From NCBI GenBank assembly GCA_022766165.1, contig QYLO01000020.1, positions 23,061 through 47,060 of the forward strand: a stretch of DNA of 24,000 nucleotides, given 5' to 3'. This document shows, piece by piece, positions 7,368-14,627 of this stretch; positions within the stretch are counted from its first letter, which is position 1; every line of letters begins with the position of its first letter. Both the position numbers and the translations under genes were made by a program. The stretch comes from Candidatus Electrothrix gigas. GTDB lineage: Bacteria; Desulfobacterota; Desulfobulbia; Desulfobulbales; Desulfobulbaceae. The notes under the pieces were generated by a model that ran no database searches, was not told the origin of the DNA, and was given only the letters and a program-made list of their open reading frames with translations.

Positions 7368-9824
7368 ATGGTTATGCTTACTTGGATCAAAAAGAATAAG
7401 GACTGGTTGTTCAGCGGAGTGGCGATTGCGATTCTTGTACCGCTTATCAGTCATTTCTGGCCCAGCGGGGGAGATCCGCCTCCACCACAGCCTGACAACT
7501 CCCGCCACCAGAGGCACAGCGGCACAGGCGATATTGTGGGCAGGGATAAGAACGTCACAGTTGACAACTCCCAGCACCAGAGGCATAGCGGCACAGGTGA
7601 TAATATCGGGCGGGACAAGATCATCCATCAGCATCTGCTCGGTTCTGTGGACTATAAGGAGCTTTTGCAGGAGATCAAGGATGCGCAGGAGCTGCTGGCA
7701 GGCATTGCCCCGGAGAAGACTGCCCTGCGTCTCAAGCAGTCTGCCAAGGTGGAGGAGCTGAAGCAGCGGCTGGAGGACTTTAAGGAGAATGTCTTTCGCC
7801 TGCATGAGATATTCACTCGGATTCCCCTTGACAATGAACGCTTGCGTAAGGCCAAGGAGCATTTTGACAAGGGTGAGTTTCGGGAAGCCGATGCCGTGCT
7901 CAAGGCTGAGGAGATTCAAGAGGACGTTGAGCGGCTCAAGCTGGAGGAACAGGCCGCAGAGGAGAGGCTGTCTGCGGTGCGCAAGGGCTTAGAGGACAGG
8001 GCCAACGAGTACCTGCTCAAGGCCCGGCTCTCCTTGCTCAATCCAGTGGCAGAAGGTGAGGACAGGTTTAGCCGCACAGAGCAGTGGTTTAAACAGGCCC
8101 TTGCTACGGCCCGGACAGCAGAGGTTCTACACGGGTACGCTGTCTTTCTTCAGAAACAGAATGTCTTTAGCAGGGCAAAACCCCTGTATGAGGAAGCCTT
8201 GACAGAGTTTCGCAACAAGGCTGCGGCAGATCCCAAGGCATTTCTCCCAGACGTAGCCATGACCCTGAACAATCTGGCTGCCCTGCATTATAAAACGGGC
8301 GAGTACGGCCTGGCCCTGAAGGAGTATGAGGAAGCCTTAAAGATCTGGCGTGAACTGGCAGCAGACCAGCCCAAGGCATTTCTCCCTTATGTTGCAACCG
8401 CCCTGAACAATCTGGCTGTCCTGCACCAGAAAACTGGCGAGTACGGCCCGGCCCTGAAGGAGTATGAGGAAGCTCTGAAGATCAAGCGCAGACTGGCAGT
8501 AGACCAGCCCAAGGCATTTCTCCCAGACGTAGCCATGACCCTGAACAATCTGGGTTTACTGCACAGTGATACGGGCGAGTACGACCTGGCCCTGAAGGAG
8601 TATGAGGAAGCTCTGAAGATCAAGCGCAGACTGGCAGCAGACCAGCCCAAGGCATTTCTCCCAGACGTAGCCATGACCCTGAACAGTCTGGCTGCCCTGC
8701 ATAATGAAACTGGCGAGTACGGCCTGGCCCTGAAGGAGTATGAGGAAGCTCTGAAGATCAAGCGTAGACTGGCGGCAGACCAGCCCAAGGCATTTCTCCC
8801 AGACGTAGCCATGACCCTGAACAATCTGGCTGTCCTGCACCAGAAAACTGGCGAGTACGACCCTGCCTTGAAGGAGTTTCAGGAAGCCCTCAAGCTCTAT
8901 CGTAGACTGGCAGCAGACCAGCCCAAGGCATTTCTCCCTGATCTGGCAAACACCCTGAACAATCTGGCTGCCCTGCATTATGAAACTGGCGAGTACGGCC
9001 CGGCCCTCAAGGAGTTTCAGGAAGCCCTCAAGATCAGGCGTGAACTGGCAGCAGACCAGCCCAAGGCATTTCTCCTTTATGTTACAGATACTCTGAACAA
9101 TTTGGCAAACCTGCACAGTAAGACGGGCGAGTACGGCTTGGCCCTGAAGGAGTATCAGGAAGCCCTGAAGATTAGGCGCAGACTGGCAGCAGACCAGCCC
9201 AAGGCATTTCTCCCTGATCTGGCAGGCACCCTGAACAATCTGGCTCTCCTGCACAGTGATACGGGCAAGTACGGCCCTGCCTTGAAGGAGTTTCAGGAAG
9301 CCCTCAAGCTCTATCGCAGACTGGCAGCAGACCAGTCCAAGGCATTTCTCCCGAATGTTGCAGGTACCCTGAACAATCTGGGTCTCCTGCACAGTGATAC
9401 GGGCGAGTATGGCCCGGCCCTCAAGGAGTATGAGGAAGCCCTGAAGATCAGGCGTGAACTGGCAGCAGACCAGCCCAAGGCATTTCTCCCTTATGTTGCA
9501 ACGACCTTGAACAATTTGGCCAACCTGCATCAGACAACTGGCGAGTACGGCCTTGCCCTGAAGGAGTATCAGGAAGCCTTGAAGATCAGGCGCAGACTGG
9601 CGGCCAAGGAACCAGGCGCATTCAGTGAGGATCTGGTAAAAACTTTACTGAGTCTAAGTCTCTTCTATCTTGGGGCCGTGCCAGACGAGGCCAAGTCTGT
9701 TGCGTATGCCCAGGAGGCACGGGACATCCTCAAACCGCTTATCCAGCAGGCGCCGCATTTACAAAGGCATCTCGGCGTAGCTGAAGAGTTGCTGGCGGCC
9801 AACAAGGCCAAACCCGATGCCTAG
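7368..9824 (+). CDS. Membrane-anchored TPR-like repeat protein (N-terminal TM helix, 2x23-aa His/Arg/Gly repeat, coiled coil, about 10.5 x 46-aa TPR_10/12-like repeats)
   Basis: This is a long open frame with AGGAG at 7361-7365. The ATG at 7374 has better spacing than the one at 7368. The TM segment is WLFSGVAIAILVPLISHFW. The repeat consensus is GEYGLALKEYEEALKI+RRLAADQPKAFLPDVAMTLNNLAxLH. I recognise no enzymatic domain. Confidence 0.9.
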   Translation: MVMLTWIKKNKDWLFSGVAIAILVPLISHFWPSGGDPPPPQPDNSRHQRHSGTGDIVGRDKNVTVDNSQHQRHSGTGDNIGRDKIIHQHLLGSVDYKELLQEIKDAQELLAGIAPEKTALRLKQSAKVEELKQRLEDFKENVFRLHEIFTRIPLDNERLRKAKEHFDKGEFREADAVLKAEEIQEDVERLKLEEQAAEERLSAVRKGLEDRANEYLLKARLSLLNPVAEGEDRFSRTEQWFKQALATARTAEVLHGYAVFLQKQNVFSRAKPLYEEALTEFRNKAAADPKAFLPDVAMTLNNLAALHYKTGEYGLALKEYEEALKIWRELAADQPKAFLPYVATALNNLAVLHQKTGEYGPALKEYEEALKIKRRLAVDQPKAFLPDVAMTLNNLGLLHSDTGEYDLALKEYEEALKIKRRLAADQPKAFLPDVAMTLNSLAALHNETGEYGLALKEYEEALKIKRRLAADQPKAFLPDVAMTLNNLAVLHQKTGEYDPALKEFQEALKLYRRLAADQPKAFLPDLANTLNNLAALHYETGEYGPALKEFQEALKIRRELAADQPKAFLLYVTDTLNNLANLHSKTGEYGLALKEYQEALKIRRRLAADQPKAFLPDLAGTLNNLALLHSDTGKYGPALKEFQEALKLYRRLAADQSKAFLPNVAGTLNNLGLLHSDTGEYGPALKEYEEALKIRRELAADQPKAFLPYVATTLNNLANLHQTTGEYGLALKEYQEALKIRRRLAAKEPGAFSEDLVKTLLSLSLFYLGAVPDEAKSVAYAQEARDILKPLIQQAPHLQRHLGVAEELLAANKAKPDA
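7494..7631 (+). repeat. 2 x 69-bp tandem repeat inside the TPR gene encoding DNS(R/Q)HQRHSGTGD(IV/NI)GRDK...
   Basis: Direct comparison shows gacaactcccgccaccagaggcacagcggcacaggcgat... at 7494 and gacaactcccagcaccagaggcatagcggcacaggtgat... at 7563, an offset of 69 nt. Confidence 0.9.
8180..9650 (+). repeat. About 10.5 tandem copies of a 138-bp (46-codon) coding repeat
   Basis: The landmark CCCAAGGCATTTCTCCC recurs at 8232, 8370, 8508, 8646, 8784, 8922, 9060, 9198, 9336 (TCC variant) and 9474, exactly 138 nt apart. A degenerate last unit sits near 9612. Confidence 0.95.
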
Positions 9825-9863
9825 CATGGTTTCTCTCCTGCACACGCCTTTTTACCGCTGCCT

Positions 9864-9891
9864 GTAGGGGTAGTTGGCAAATCACCCTTAC
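9864..9891 (+). terminator. Hairpin downstream of the TPR gene (possible terminator or degenerate GTAGGGG element)
   Basis: GTAGGGGT-agttggcaaatc-ACCCTTAC forms an 8-bp stem with one G-T pair, 40 nt after the stop. No T-run follows it, so terminator function is uncertain. Confidence 0.3.
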
Positions 9892-10302
9892 GCCCACTCC
9901 CGTATATCCATCAAGCCTATTACTCGACTATCAAGTTTTTTTCTCTTGCCCTTCTCATTTCCACTTTAACCAGCAAAAGCTTTGTACGATAAAGAAGGTG
10001 TTGCCTCCAACCTCCCCAAATCTCCCCCTATGTTTACTGGAAGGAATAAGTTTAAAAAACTCTTTAATCTTTTTGCCTAATTTTTCGCCGTTATTTTTTT
10101 CAAGCGAAAACTTACTTTTTCTCTGCATTTAAGTTTCAAAGCAACTGTACTTCTAACTTTTTGTGTTGGCGAAAATATAAATAAAAAAATACGCATGCAT
10201 GAGCGTTGATCTGCATATTAATCTTATATAGTTCCTTGCTGTATCGTTGTTTTTGAACTACAGTTAAGTATAGAAAATAAATATTCAGGACAGGAGAATG
10301 CG

Positions 10303-10701
10303 ATGAAAAAGATGATGAATGTATGCCTCTGTGTATCTCTGTGTATTTTTCTCAGTGCTTGTGCGGGACCTGGCACAGGACCTTATGGAACATATACAGA
10401 AGCAGATAGATACCGCGACAACACCAATACAGCACTTGCTATAGGGGCTACAGCGGTAGGAGCCGCTGTTATCGGAAGTTCCCTGTATCGGGCTGGCAGG
10501 CATGACGGCAGAAGACATGTGTATCATCCTAGGCCGACAGTTCGATATAATGTGCATCGAAACGTACCAGTAGTTCGATATGCGCCGCACCGAAGAGTGC
10601 ATCGAAGCGTACCGGTAATTCGATATGCGCCGCACCGAAGAGTGTATCGAAACGTACCGGTAATTCGATATGCGCCGTACAGAAGAGTGTATTATAGATA
10701 G
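10303..10701 (+). CDS. Small lipoprotein with a glycine-zipper segment and a basic RYAPHRRV repeat tail
   Basis: There is a strong RBS (AGGAGA, 6 nt before the ATG). The signal peptide has a lipobox (CIFLSAC, Cys20). A glycine-zipper-like stretch follows (ALAIGATAVGAAVIGSSLY). The C-terminus has three 15-aa Arg/His/Tyr-rich repeats. Confidence 0.8.
   Translation: MKKMMNVCLCVSLCIFLSACAGPGTGPYGTYTEADRYRDNTNTALAIGATAVGAAVIGSSLYRAGRHDGRRHVYHPRPTVRYNVHRNVPVVRYAPHRRVHRSVPVIRYAPHRRVYRNVPVIRYAPYRRVYYR
10558..10692 (+). repeat. 3 x 45-bp tandem coding repeat (R-N/S-VPV-V/I-RYAPHRRV-H/Y)
   Basis: The units at 10558-10602, 10603-10647 and 10648-10692 differ at only a few positions. A degenerate fourth unit precedes them (HVYHPRPTVRYNVH). 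Confidence 0.95.
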
Positions 10702-10824
10702 ATAAGCCGTACTTGTTGAGCTGGTTGGATTTTTAGGCGGAAGAGTTGAGATAATGAGTTGTGTTATCGCCTGCTCACCGCCTTTGTAGTTTGTAGCAGG
10801 AGTGGAACGAAGTCATCAACAGGC

Positions 10825-11286
10825 TCATTCCAACTTGTCAAAGCCTATATCGTATTCAATCAGTTGATTAATATGATAGTTAAAATAAAATATACCAAAA
10901 AGAAACATCCAACAACGGTCAAATGACACGATATCACTTGATGGAATTTCGTAAAAGGCATTCAGTCGATTCCCAGCTTTAAAAGTCCAGATTATTGCCA
11001 TAACTTCAAAAGTTAATACAAGAACGTTACTGATCTTCTCTATTGAATGCCCCTTGTCAACGAGTAAGGAACTCACCAAAAATATGAACGATAGGTATGA
11101 ACTAACGAGCAAAATATTAACAAATCTTTCTGAGATATTATTCTCTTGATCAATGAGGCGATTAATCGTGGCGGTTTGCCTTTTCATGTAATATGCTCCA
11201 TAAACGCCACAGGTGAGGCTAGATAAGACGAGGAGCTTAAACGTTCCTTGATCTTGTAACTGCGTGAGTGAATTAAGAGGTTGCAT
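10825..11286 (-). CDS. Small integral membrane protein, DUF4234-like
   Basis: The ATG at 11286 is preceded by AAGGTGA. The track's upstream start at 11334 lacks an RBS. There are three or four hydrophobic segments. The N-terminal motif LTCGVYGAYYMKRQ and the C-terminal LFGIFYFNYHINQL resemble the DUF4234 TxGIYxxYW signature. The gene is AT-rich. Confidence 0.55.
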   Translation of the reverse strand: MQPLNSLTQLQDQGTFKLLVLSSLTCGVYGAYYMKRQTATINRLIDQENNISERFVNILLVSSYLSFIFLVSSLLVDKGHSIEKISNVLVLTFEVMAIIWTFKAGNRLNAFYEIPSSDIVSFDRCWMFLFGIFYFNYHINQLIEYDIGFDKLE

Positions 11287-11684
11287 GATATTCACCTTGA
11301 TTGGAAGTAGCGGTGCGTTCGTAGCGGCGGGCAAAAAGGATGCAGCGACGCTTTCTGAGTGATAGCTATATAATATTAATTATCAGGAAATATTTTTTTT
11401 AATCAAGGCGAATTTTGACAAGGGTACAATCATCAATCTGAATGATGATGGTTACGCAAAAAGTCTAAATTCGAGAGAAATTACCTTGTAACTCATTGAG
11501 TTATGGTTGACGATTTGATATTTTTCGACTTTTTGCCGGACTGTCATTGATAGATTGCAGCAGTGGACAGGTGTTATTTGATGTTCTCACGCTGGAGTAA
11601 GGAACAAACCAAAAGATGGTTATAATGTATAGATATGTTGGGGAACACTTTGCTTCCCCCAACCTACGTTACTCTACGGATAAA

Positions 11685-12137
11685 TCAAAGATTGATTTTT
11701 TCAAAAGTCTCCCAACCTTTGCATCGATTTCGATTTGCATTCACGGCGCCACCTCCACCACGTTCTGCAACTACAAAATGCCCTCTATGGGTTTTAATAC
11801 AAACTTTATTTCCTCTTAAGGGGATAAATGTAAATTTTTCCCAAGCCCTAATTTCAACTCTGTCTGCATTGAGAGCGCCGCCACCACCACCTTCTGCAAC
11901 TACATATCGACCATTGTGTGTCCTGAGTGCAATTTTACCACCACCTACATTAACGACTTCAAACGTTTCCCAAGTACCGAGTCTAGCTTTATCTGCATTT
12001 ACAGTACCACCTCCACCTCCTTTTGCTGTTATATAGTGACCTTTTATTGTGCGAAGGGCTATTTTTTCTGCATATGCAAAATGAAAAGATACCAACAATA
12101 AGAAAACGATAGATAGCGTTGTTATTATAATCTTCAT
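11685..12137 (-). CDS. Secreted single-domain beta-trefoil protein (fascin/FRG1-like fold), three internal repeats
   Basis: The RBS is AAGGAG, 7 nt before the ATG at 12137. The signal peptide is MKIIITTLSIVFLLLVSFHFAYA. Three repeats of about 43 aa follow: KIALRTxxGxY(I/V)xA(K/E)GGGGGxxNAD+...WE(T/K)F. A hairpin (GGGGAA/TTCCCC, 11637-11662) lies just downstream. Confidence 0.85.
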   Translation of the reverse strand: MKIIITTLSIVFLLLVSFHFAYAEKIALRTIKGHYITAKGGGGGTVNADKARLGTWETFEVVNVGGGKIALRTHNGRYVVAEGGGGGALNADRVEIRAWEKFTFIPLRGNKVCIKTHRGHFVVAERGGGGAVNANRNRCKGWETFEKINL

Positions 12138-12564
12138 GAGGATTCTCCTTTAAAAAAATTAGATAAATACTGTACTGTTGTAGGATAGCATAGGGCAATA
12201 AAAAAGTAAATTTTTTGTTTCAAACTCACCACTTGGTCTATAAAAAATGTATATAATCAATTGAAATTAATATTGATAATAATTCCTAGATAGGGATTCT
12301 TCCAATATACTATTTCTGGTAATCTTCAGGACGACGTTTACAACCTAGATACTGCAATTAGGATTTTGGTCTTTCATTATAAAATGAGCAGTTTTAGATA
12401 GTTACATTTCTTTACGCAAAATTAATTTTCATCTAAAAGGTGAATCAAAAACAGGTAGCTGAAAATTTATTTTATCTATCAATACGGTTAAATATCGTAT
12501 TTTAGCTGTAGTTCAATTGCAGGATTTAGGTACAAAGTGACGTACGGAATGTAGGTAAAAAATC

Positions 12565-13917
12565 TTAATCACTTAATTTTAGATTAAAACTATCACTTCG
12601 TTCCAGCAGCACAGCAGACTCAATATGGCTGGTCTGAGGAAACATGTCCACAGGAACAACCCGGGTAACTCTATATCCCTGCGAACAAAGGAGACGCAGG
12701 TCTCGGGCAAGGGTGGCAGGATCACAGGAAACGTAGATAATTTTTTTCGGCTTGAGGCGCGGCAGGAAGGCGATGTTTTTGCCAACCCCGCTTCGTGGCG
12801 GATCAAGCAGGATAATATCTGTTGTTTCGCCTTGATCGACCAACTGTTGCAGGGCTGTGCGTACATCAGCGACAAAAAAACGGGCTGAGATTCCAGCCTT
12901 TCTGGCATTTTTTTCAGCCCATACAATACTCTCCTGATTACCCTCAATGCCGGTCAGAGTTCCGCCACAACATCCAAGGGGTACGGAAAAATTGCCCATG
13001 CCGCAGTAAAGATCCAGAACGGTTTTCCCGCTCAGGTCGCCGGCAAAATCACAGACCAAGCCAATGAGCTGTTCATTTTGCGCCGGATTGACCTGGGAAA
13101 AACAGCCTCCAGACCACGACAGGGAACAGGTTTGCCCGGTTTGTCTATTTTTTCTGAGCAAAATCTGTTGAGTAAGTGGTTTTGCCGATGGAGAAAGCGT
13201 CTGAAAGCCCTTTCGGGTGAACCAGCCTATTTGCTGTACTTGCGGTATTTCCTGCATTATAAAAAGCGTGGTGAGCTTTTGCAGCAGAGCAGGCGACAGG
13301 GCGTTTCTTTTGTTGCCTCTGAAAACAAGGGTGATTTTGCCGTCAGCAGGTGATTCGAGCAATTCAATTTCCAAGGAGGTTGTGGTTGTTTGGGCCAACG
13401 GTTGAAGCATTCCGGTTTTGTTCAACGCAGTCACAGCAGAACAAAGCCCTTGGCTTGCTACCAGACATTCTGTGATCAGGAGAAAGGTATTGCTCTTTTT
13501 TTTGAAAAAACCAAGCTGGCCTGATGCATTGATTTTGAGCCTGAGCCGATTTCGGTAGCCCCATTGCATTGGCGAGGCAAAAGGCTCGCTTATATACTCA
13601 AAGGGTATTTTGGCCCGGCGCAATGATTCCTCAACAATCTCTTTTTTGATGCGGAGTTGTTCTGGATAGCTGCCATGTTGGAGATCACAGCCGCCGCATT
13701 CTTCATATAAGGGGCAGGGTGCTGTGATTCGGGCAGGGGAGGGTGAGAGTATCCTGTCTATACTTCCTTCAATATAGCCAGATGTTTTCTTTTCTTGGTT
13801 GAGTAGCAGTTTTTCGCCTGACAGGGTAAAAGGGGTCATGACAACCTGCCCCTCTGCTGTCCGGGCTAACCCTTTTCCACTGGCTATAATCTTCTCAACA
13901 GTGACAGTATGTTTCAT
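12565..13917 (-). CDS. rlmD: 23S rRNA (uracil-C5)-methyltransferase, RlmD/RumA (TrmA) family
   Basis: The protein has an N-terminal TRAM-like domain and an Fe-S Cys cluster (CPLYEECGGCDLQH plus ITECLV). The SAM-MTase motifs are VLDLYCGMGNFSVPL, LDPPRSG and YVSCDPATLARD. Confidence 0.85.
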   Translation of the reverse strand: MKHTVTVEKIIASGKGLARTAEGQVVMTPFTLSGEKLLLNQEKKTSGYIEGSIDRILSPSPARITAPCPLYEECGGCDLQHGSYPEQLRIKKEIVEESLRRAKIPFEYISEPFASPMQWGYRNRLRLKINASGQLGFFKKKSNTFLLITECLVASQGLCSAVTALNKTGMLQPLAQTTTTSLEIELLESPADGKITLVFRGNKRNALSPALLQKLTTLFIMQEIPQVQQIGWFTRKGFQTLSPSAKPLTQQILLRKNRQTGQTCSLSWSGGCFSQVNPAQNEQLIGLVCDFAGDLSGKTVLDLYCGMGNFSVPLGCCGGTLTGIEGNQESIVWAEKNARKAGISARFFVADVRTALQQLVDQGETTDIILLDPPRSGVGKNIAFLPRLKPKKIIYVSCDPATLARDLRLLCSQGYRVTRVVPVDMFPQTSHIESAVLLERSDSFNLKLSD

Positions 13918-13960
13918 GGATTTGAGGAAAAATAAAAGTAGGGGAGCAGCCTGTTGTTTA

Positions 13961-13990
13961 TTGACAGGAAAGACCTCTTGGTGCTACAGT
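13961..13990 (+). promoter_or_regulatory. Candidate sigma70-type promoter for tatA (TTGACA-N18-TACAGT)
   Basis: TTGACA is at 13961-13966 and TACAGT at 13985-13990, about 75 nt upstream of the tatA ATG. This is pattern matching only. Confidence 0.25.
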
Positions 13991-14065
13991 GATATACTGT
14001 GCTGCTATGTGCAGTGCGGATTATTTTTACTACTTACGGAACAAACTGTAAAGAGGTGAGAGCGT

Positions 14066-14248
14066 ATGGGACTCGGAATGCCTGAGCTTATTGTCATTCT
14101 TGTTATTATTGTTATTATTTTTGGTGCTGGGAAACTGCCTGAAATTGGCTCTGGTATCGGAAAAGGCATCAAGAATTTTAAAGATGCCACCAAGATCGAG
14201 GATAACCCTAAGCCTATAGAAGACACAACCGATAGCAATAAAAGCTAA
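14066..14248 (+). CDS. tatA: Twin-arginine translocase subunit TatA/E
   Basis: [41 protein letters not shown] is the canonical TatA TM helix, hinge (FGxxKLPE) and amphipathic helix. The RBS is AGAGGTGAG. Confidence 0.9.
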   Translation: MGLGMPELIVILVIIVIIFGAGKLPEIGSGIGKGIKNFKDATKIEDNPKPIEDTTDSNKS

Positions 14249-14288
14249 TCGCATTAAGCGCATTTTTTGATGTAAAAAGAGGATTCTT

Positions 14289-14543
14289 ATGTTCGGACTC
14301 GGAACCCCTGAACTTGTTGTGATAATGGCTATTGCCTTCCTGCTCTTTGGTGGGAAAAAACTCCCAGAGATTGGCTCCGGCCTGGGCAAGGCCATCAGTT
14401 CCTTCAAGAAAGGACTTAATGAGGTTGAGGATACTGCCGGTCTTGGCGAAATGACCAAGAAACTTCCCGGTGTTCGGGAAGTGACAGCGGTGCAGGAAAG
14501 GATTGATAAGGCAAAAAATATTAGCAAGGCTATGACCAAATAG
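14289..14543 (+). CDS. Second TatA/E-family paralog (84 aa)
   Basis: [42 protein letters not shown] is again TatA-type rather than TatB-type. The RBS is AAGAGGA. Confidence 0.85.
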   Translation: MFGLGTPELVVIMAIAFLLFGGKKLPEIGSGLGKAISSFKKGLNEVEDTAGLGEMTKKLPGVREVTAVQERIDKAKNISKAMTK

Positions 14544-14547
14544 GCCT

Positions 14548-14609
14548 GTAGGGTCGATTCCTTTTGATATTTTTTGATCTTCAAGGGCGAATACGAGATT
14601 CGCCCCTAC
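14548..14609. repeat. GTAGGGGCGAAT-family REP/MITE-like palindromic element (copy b)
   Basis: The left arm is gtagggtcgattcc (14548-14561). The right arm is GGGCGAAT-acgag-ATTCGCCCCTAC (14585-14609). It lies between the convergent tatA paralog and trpS. Confidence 0.6.
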
Positions 14610-14618
14610 TCCTTTTTT
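14585..14618 (+). terminator. Intrinsic terminator for the tatA pair, formed by the REP hairpin
   Basis: There is a perfect 8-bp stem, GGGCGAAT/ATTCGCCC, with a 5-nt loop. It is followed by ctactccTTTTTT. Confidence 0.6.
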
Positions 14619-14627
14619 AGGCAAATT

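Noticed and set aside
6872-7390. The 172-aa minus ORF antisense to gltS, and similarly the 228-aa ORF at 16204-16890 antisense to the nucleotidase.
   Set aside because: There are no motifs or RBS. Both are fully embedded opposite well-supported genes. They are probably chance open frames.
7293-9530. Long antisense ORFs across the TPR gene (7293-7919, 208 aa; 8387-8824, 145 aa; 8556-9530, 324 aa).
   Set aside because: They mirror the 138-bp coding repeat on the opposite strand, giving periodic low-complexity peptides such as ...CLGLVCCQ.... They have no RBS or recognisable domains. The sense frame encodes a coherent TPR protein. Repeats that happen to lack stops in one antisense frame explain them.
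8180-9650. Regularly spaced repeats that could superficially look like a CRISPR-type array.
   Set aside because: The units are contiguous 138-bp repeats with no unique spacers. They lie in-frame within a long ORF encoding a sensible helical repeat protein.
10368-10385. TGGCAC motifs (about 10371 and about 17394) as sigma54 -24 elements.
   Set aside because: Both lie inside coding sequence and lack a properly spaced TTGC -12 element.
11635-12036. The 133-aa plus-strand ORF with PPPP runs, and the ORFs at 11616-11819 and 11916-12101.
   Set aside because: They are antisense images of the GGGGG loops of the beta-trefoil gene. They have no RBS or signal. The minus-strand gene has an RBS, a signal peptide and threefold repeat logic.
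10253-12516. Inverted repeat TTGAACTACAG (10253-10263) / CTGTAGTTCAA (12506-12516), 14 of 15 nt if extended, bracketing the AT-rich islet as possible mobile-element ends.
   Set aside because: An 11-mer inverted match is expected many times by chance in 24 kb, and I found it post hoc. There is no flanking target-site duplication and no transposase or integrase inside. It is kept only as something to test if the islet proves mobile.
14030-14624. Minus-strand ORFs of 184 aa and 136 aa overlapping both tatA genes and the REP element.
   Set aside because: They are antisense to two textbook TatA sequences. The 136-aa ORF starts inside the REP hairpin (peptide GVGANLVFAL), which is a typical repeat-derived artefact.
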